In this document: one piece after another, positions 58,411-64,000 of the stretch
How the letters are laid out: each line of letters starts with the position of its first letter
How positions within the stretch are numbered: the first letter of the stretch is position 1
The notes under the pieces: generated by a model
The model's input: the letters and a program-made list of their open reading frames with translations, nothing else
Databases searched by the model: none
Told to the model about the DNA's origin: nothing
Position numbers and translations under genes: made by a program
DNA from: an uncultured Clostridia bacterium
GTDB taxonomy: Bacteria > Bacillota > Clostridia > TANB77 > CAG-465
DNA length: 64,000 bases
Direction of reading: 5' to 3'
NCBI GenBank assembly: GCA_947626975.1
Contig: CANQUF010000001.1
Coordinates: forward strand, 22,980 to 86,979

Positions 58411-59619
58411 TTAAAGTCCCATACTATACTTCCATGATAAAATTCTTCTTACTGCTAAGTTTATTGTCTCTTCTGATATAGTTCCATCTTTTATTGCTCC
58501 TAATACCGCATTTTTATCATTTTCAAAATCAGACGATATTAACATATCATTTCCAGCATTTACTGCAAGAATAGCAGCATTTTTTCCATCTGTATAATTA
58601 GTAATTCCTTTCATAATTAAATCATCGGTTATAATTATACCAGAAAATTCTAACTCGTCTCTAAGTAACTTATGTACTTCTTTAGATAAAGACGATGGTA
58701 ATTTATTATCATAGCATTCCACTATATTATGTGATACTAAAATGCTTGGTACACCACTTTTAATACCTTGTTTAAAAGGTATTAAATCTACTGCTTCAAA
58801 TTGTTCTTTAGTTTTTTTGTCTATAGATATTCCTGTATGCGTATCTACATTTGAACCATATCCTGGGAAGTGCTTTAGTGTACTACCTAAATTTAAGCTA
58901 TTATATGCCTCTACTACATCTTTTACATATTCAGCAGTTTCATTTGCACCTTTTCCAAAACTTCTAGAATATATATAATCATTTTTGTTTACTGACACAT
59001 CTGCAACAGGTGCTAAATTCAAGTTTATTCCAAGACTTAGTAATAATTTTGCTTTTTCTTTGGTATCTGATTTTATAGCCTCATAGCCTCCCTCATTATA
59101 TAATTCTTGAGAAGACTTAAAAGTATAACTTGATAAATTTCTATTACTACTTACTCTTACTACACTTCCACCTTCTTCGTCTACTGCAATTAACATTGGT
59201 ATTTTACTAGCTTTTTGATATGAATTTATTGTAGTAATAATTTGCTCTTTAGTCTTGTTATTAAAATCTCTACCAAATAATACATAGCCCCCAGGTTTTA
59301 AACTAGATATTTGATTTACAGCTGATGAATCACTAGGGCATCTTGCAAGAAACATCTGTCCTACTTTTTCCTCAATTGTCATATCCTTCATCATTTCTTC
59401 TGCTTTTGAATAATAATCTTCAAATAATTCTTTTTTATTATTTTCTTCATCAACTTTTAAATTTTCATCTTCATTATTATTTTCACTATTATCATTATTT
59501 ATATTATTATCTATATTACTAATTTTTGTATCATTTTTTAAAAAAACTTCTTTACATACAAATATAGCTGCTATTATAAATACTAAAACTAATAATATAA
59601 TTACTAATTTTTTTAACAT
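58411..59619 (-). CDS. glycoside hydrolase family 3 beta-N-acetylhexosaminidase (NagZ-like), membrane-anchored
   Basis: KHFPGYG motif, GH3 N-terminal domain, an N-terminal TM and an N/E-rich linker. Confidence 0.8.
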   Translation of the reverse strand: MLKKLVIILLVLVFIIAAIFVCKEVFLKNDTKISNIDNNINNDNSENNNEDENLKVDEENNKKELFEDYYSKAEEMMKDMTIEEKVGQMFLARCPSDSSAVNQISSLKPGGYVLFGRDFNNKTKEQIITTINSYQKASKIPMLIAVDEEGGSVVRVSSNRNLSSYTFKSSQELYNEGGYEAIKSDTKEKAKLLLSLGINLNLAPVADVSVNKNDYIYSRSFGKGANETAEYVKDVVEAYNSLNLGSTLKHFPGYGSNVDTHTGISIDKKTKEQFEAVDLIPFKQGIKSGVPSILVSHNIVECYDNKLPSSLSKEVHKLLRDELEFSGIIITDDLIMKGITNYTDGKNAAILAVNAGNDMLISSDFENDKNAVLGAIKDGTISEETINLAVRRILSWKYSMGL

Positions 59620-59744
59620 ATAATCACATTCCTATCTAAATAAATATTACTTTATATTATTATACTTTATTTATTAATATATTCATACTGATATTTAAAA
59701 TTTCTAAATATTTTATTTAATTAATTTATTTTTAAAATAAATTA

Positions 59745-59951
59745 TTAAAGTTCATTAAAAAGTTTTTCTAAATACTCTCTTCTTTTCTTAGTTGCCTCTA
59801 TATCTACAGTAATATTATCATTTTCTATTAATAATATATCTCCTTCTTTACAACCTTCTGGCAACTTACTTTTAAGTAAATTAATCATTTCTTCGTCTTC
59901 TTTTTGACAAATAGCGTATTTATCTTCAAATCTATCAATAATTACTCGCAT
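59745..59951 (-). CDS. DUF3006-family small protein
   Basis: MRVIIDRFEDKYAI... pattern, 68 aa, in its typical pairing with the following MBL gene. Confidence 0.55.
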   Translation of the reverse strand: MRVIIDRFEDKYAICQKEDEEMINLLKSKLPEGCKEGDILLIENDNITVDIEATKKRREYLEKLFNEL

Positions 59952-59960
59952 ATTTTCCTC

Positions 59961-61010
59961 CTATTTCATATAACTATATGTTCCTGGCTCTTTATTAAAT
60001 GTAATATTATTTCCATCGCTAACTGCAATTATTGTACCTGATTCATCAGTTCTATATACCTTTATATTATTATTTTTTAATCTATTCATAACTGTTTTTT
60101 TAGGTAAGTTATATTGATTATCTTTTCCAACAGAAATAACTGCATACTTTGGATTTACGGCATTTAAAAATTTTAAACTAGTTGATGTACTAGAGCCATG
60201 ATGACCTACTTTTAATAAATCACATTTTAAATCTATATTATTTTTTAAAATTTCATCTTCAGACAATGTCTCAGCATCTCCTGAAAATAAAAATGTGTTA
60301 TTTCCATATTTTAATTTTATTACTATAGAATAATTATTTAACTCTTCATAATTATTAGAATTAGGAGCTAATATAGTAAAACTTGCATTACCTAGATTAT
60401 ATTCTTCACCAACTTTTGGAATTATTTTTTCACATCCATTATTTTTTATTGCAAGTAATAAATTCTCGTAAGTTTTAGTAGTAGTTACCTTATCTGGCAT
60501 CAAAATTTTATCTATTTTAAAGTTATTTAATACCTCATCCATACCACCTATATGATCCTCGTGAGGATGTGTAGCAATAACATAATCCAAAGAATCTATA
60601 TGTTGTTCTTTTAAATAATTTACTAACTCATTTGCTGTATCATTTTTTCCAGCATCTATTAACATTGAATTATTTCCATTATTAATATATATAGCATCGG
60701 CTTGTCCAACATCAATAAAATGAATATATAAATTTCCATTTACTGATGTATTATTATTTTCTTCTATTATATCTTTATAATTATTAATATCTTCTACTTT
60801 ACCAATATTAAACTTATTTTTTAATAATACACTTATTATAACTAAAGATATTGCAAGTATGGTATATATTATTTTATTATTTTTTTCTTTTTTCATTTTT
60901 AACCTCTTCTTTATGTATATAACTATTATACCATAATAAATCAAAAATATATATTTTTTTATATTTTTTATTTTTATTTTATTTAGTTTATATATAAAAA
61001 AAATACACAT
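59961..61010 (-). CDS. MBL-fold metallo-hydrolase (ComEC C-terminal-like), membrane-anchored
   Basis: HPHEDHIGG motif. The likely true start is the internal MKKEKNN with RBS AAGAAGAGG near 60896. The region upstream of it in the listed ORF is low-complexity AT-rich. Confidence 0.65.
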   Translation of the reverse strand: MCIFFIYKLNKIKIKNIKKYIFLIYYGIIVIYIKKRLKMKKEKNNKIIYTILAISLVIISVLLKNKFNIGKVEDINNYKDIIEENNNTSVNGNLYIHFIDVGQADAIYINNGNNSMLIDAGKNDTANELVNYLKEQHIDSLDYVIATHPHEDHIGGMDEVLNNFKIDKILMPDKVTTTKTYENLLLAIKNNGCEKIIPKVGEEYNLGNASFTILAPNSNNYEELNNYSIVIKLKYGNNTFLFSGDAETLSEDEILKNNIDLKCDLLKVGHHGSSTSTSLKFLNAVNPKYAVISVGKDNQYNLPKKTVMNRLKNNNIKVYRTDESGTIIAVSDGNNITFNKEPGTYSYMK

Positions 61011-61042
61011 AATATTTATATATTTTAAAAGGAGTTTTTAAA

Positions 61043-61855
<813 letters not shown>

Positions 61856-61915
61856 TAATTTAGAATTTTAAAATAAAATCACTAAGTTTACATATGAGTA
61901 AATTTAGTGATTTTT

Positions 61916-62224
61916 TTATTTATTTGTATCAATAAAAACTTTTTCATATGGCTTTACATATCCTAAAGTTTCTCTTGCCACGCTTTCTATATATTCATCA
62001 GAATTAATATTTTTTTCTTGATTGTTATAATATTCAACTAGTGAAGCTTTTGCTTCCATATCTTCTTCATACATACTAATTTGAGAATTATATTTATTTA
62101 TTTGTATTTGCTGATCAACAACAGTATAAATAAAGTATATAACAAATGCAAGCAAAAATAAATATGAAAATCTAAAATTAAACTTTATTTTTGTTTTTTC
62201 TTTTGTTTTCTTTCTTTTTTTCAT
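61916..62224 (-). CDS. divIC: septum formation initiator family protein (FtsB/DivIC-like)
   Basis: Single TM, coiled-coil, and a C-terminal ARETLGYVKPYEKVF motif. Confidence 0.6.
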   Translation of the reverse strand: MKKRKKTKEKTKIKFNFRFSYLFLLAFVIYFIYTVVDQQIQINKYNSQISMYEEDMEAKASLVEYYNNQEKNINSDEYIESVARETLGYVKPYEKVFIDTNK

Positions 62225-62696
62225 TAATACGACCTCTTTTTATCTTTTTTAATAAATTATATATATACAATACCACATTTAAAAATAATTTGCAACATTT
62301 TTTTATAAATTTAACTATTTTTCTACATATTTTGTTAAAAGAATTAAACAATAAGTTTAAAGGTAATATACTAAACTTAAAAAAAGCCTTTATTTTTTTT
62401 ATTAAGATAGTAAAAATTTTAAAAAAATATTTACTAAATAAAGAAAAATATATACTTGAACCAATAATTATACCAATAAAAATATATAATCTTAATTGTG
62501 TACTAAGAAAATTTATAATACTTAAAACTATTATAACTGTTATTATTACAAAAAAAATTATATCTTGTATTAATACACTCAAATTGTTTGTTTTCCTTAA
62601 TTTTCTATATCCTCTAAAGAAATCAAAAATACAAGATATAACTGCACCTACAACTATAAATTGCAAAAAATCCACTAATTGATTAGATACATACAT
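62178..62696 (-). CDS. yabQ: spore cortex biosynthesis protein YabQ-like
   Basis: Multi-TM protein with a YabQ-like N-terminus (LQFIVVGAVISCIFDFFR) and a Lys-rich C-terminus, located immediately downstream of yabP. Confidence 0.55.
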   Translation of the reverse strand: MYVSNQLVDFLQFIVVGAVISCIFDFFRGYRKLRKTNNLSVLIQDIIFFVIITVIIVLSIINFLSTQLRLYIFIGIIIGSSIYFSLFSKYFFKIFTILIKKIKAFFKFSILPLNLLFNSFNKICRKIVKFIKKCCKLFLNVVLYIYNLLKKIKRGRINEKKKENKRKNKNKV

Positions 62697-62711
62697 ATTA
62701 ACTTTCTCTTC

Positions 62712-63056
62712 CTATTTAAACAATTTATTCATAAAACCTGATTTTTTACCATTTGTTATATCGCTGTATGCTACTGCTACTATTTGCCCCTCAACTATTA
62801 ATTCATTATTATCTAAATTTAATTTATTCATTTTTAGGTCATTACCTTTTATAGTAAGTATTCCTAAATCAGTTTGTGCTAAAACAAGTTCATCATCAAA
62901 ACTATGAATATCTATTACACCAGTAACTGACACCTTTTCTCTATTTTCCATAATAATATTTTGATTACTTGATACTTTATTTATCTTTTTATCTTCCATT
63001 TCATTTACCTCCACTTTCTCTTTTTGTACAATACTATCTACAATATATATATTCAC
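62712..63056 (-). CDS. yabP: sporulation protein YabP
   Basis: YabP/YqfC pattern (NREKVSVTGVIDIHSFDDELVLAQTDLGILTIKGNDLKMNKL...EGQIVAV). Confidence 0.75.
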   Translation of the reverse strand: MNIYIVDSIVQKEKVEVNEMEDKKINKVSSNQNIIMENREKVSVTGVIDIHSFDDELVLAQTDLGILTIKGNDLKMNKLNLDNNELIVEGQIVAVAYSDITNGKKSGFMNKLFK

Positions 63057-63143
63057 TTTATTACAAATTTATGATAAATAATTGCTATTAAAAAGAAAAA
63101 ACTATATATCTTAAATAAAACAATTTAAAGATATATAGTTTTC

Positions 63144-63995
63144 CTATTTTAAATTATGTCTTATAACTTTTTTTGCAACTTTGTTTATTCTATCTATTAA
63201 AATATCACCAGACATGTTATACTTTTCTTTTTTCTTATTCTGATTTAAAAATTCTATTCTTTTTGAAATATAATCTATATTATCAATTCCTTTTTTAAAA
63301 ACATCTGAAAAAATTTCCTCTGCTTTTTGATATCCATTCTTTATCATATTATTTGCTGATTCATTATCAAAAGATAAAGATTTACTAATAGATGTTCTTG
63401 TATTAAAATTTACTTCAATTACATTTTTATTTTTTAAATTAGAATATACATAATTATTTTTATCGAAATGTACAATAATTATATAATCTAAATCATATTT
63501 AGAAATTGGTATTATTGGTATATTATCTACCATTGCACCATCTAAATAATTTACATTATCTATATTTATGGCTTTAAATACTGGTACAAAAGATATTGAA
63601 GCTTTAAAATATGAATTAAGTAAATTACTTTTTACATTTTTTAAATTTATATAATCAATACTCATTTTATTCATATTAATTAATGCAGTATAAAAATCCT
63701 TATTTATTTTATCTTTTTTATCCAATAGACTTGATACCTTATCTAATATGACACTTCTTTTTATAGTACTTCTTAAAAAAGTTCTCATATTAAAAGATTC
63801 GTTTTCAAGCCATAATTTTTCATAAATATCAAGTTTATCTGAAAGATATGCAAAACCTGCAAGAGTACCTATTGAAGCTGCTGAAATACATTTTATTGAA
63901 TCTATGTCCATATATTTTCTAAGAGATTTTAGTACACCTATTTGATACGCACCCTTTACCATTCCTCCAGATAGCACTAGACCTATGTTTGCCAT
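63144..63995 (-). CDS. patatin-like phospholipase
   Basis: Oxyanion GGMVKGAYQIG and nucleophile elbow (AASIG) near the N-terminus. A catalytic Asp in a DGA/DGG context was not located in this sequence. Confidence 0.7.
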   Translation of the reverse strand: MANIGLVLSGGMVKGAYQIGVLKSLRKYMDIDSIKCISAASIGTLAGFAYLSDKLDIYEKLWLENESFNMRTFLRSTIKRSVILDKVSSLLDKKDKINKDFYTALINMNKMSIDYINLKNVKSNLLNSYFKASISFVPVFKAINIDNVNYLDGAMVDNIPIIPISKYDLDYIIIVHFDKNNYVYSNLKNKNVIEVNFNTRTSISKSLSFDNESANNMIKNGYQKAEEIFSDVFKKGIDNIDYISKRIEFLNQNKKKEKYNMSGDILIDRINKVAKKVIRHNLK

Positions 63996-64000
63996 TATTT

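Overview
This is a low-GC (about 26-28% GC) Firmicutes window, most likely Clostridium. The GerA-type germinant receptor operon, the yabP-yabQ-divIC sporulation genes and a Cys-rich BclA-like collagen exosporium protein point to a spore former. Positions about 830-37,800 form one co-directional (minus-strand) cell-envelope glycopolymer locus of about 30 genes. It carries galE, rmlABCD, a PGM/PMM, a Wzm/Wzt ABC exporter, about ten GT2/GT4 domains, two SAM-methyltransferase domains plus a MetK copy with no riboswitch, a GT-C-like polytopic protein, an ArnE/F-like small-transporter pair, and two paralogous 'polysaccharide deacetylase - cadherin-like membrane protein - large secreted SH3b/Big_2 hydrolase' modules. 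One hydrolase ends in a dockerin-like module; the other has recently expanded 195-bp tandem repeats. The locus sits directly downstream of radC-mreBCD-mrdA on the same strand. The rest of the window is housekeeping and sporulation: gerA operon, ung, relA, a frameshifted recJ, a T-box-controlled thrS lacking the TGS domain, two tandem paralogous repeat-protein cassettes, GH3 NagZ-like, DUF3006+MBL, VanW, and yabP/yabQ/divIC. No CRISPR array, rRNA/tRNA gene or intact mobile element was seen. The most novel-looking element is the methyl-capping/export module (MetK + coiled-coil methyltransferase + Wzt with C-terminal extension + WsaE-like MTase-GT2-GT2 fusion), together with the duplicated deacetylase/cadherin/hydrolase(dockerin) modules.
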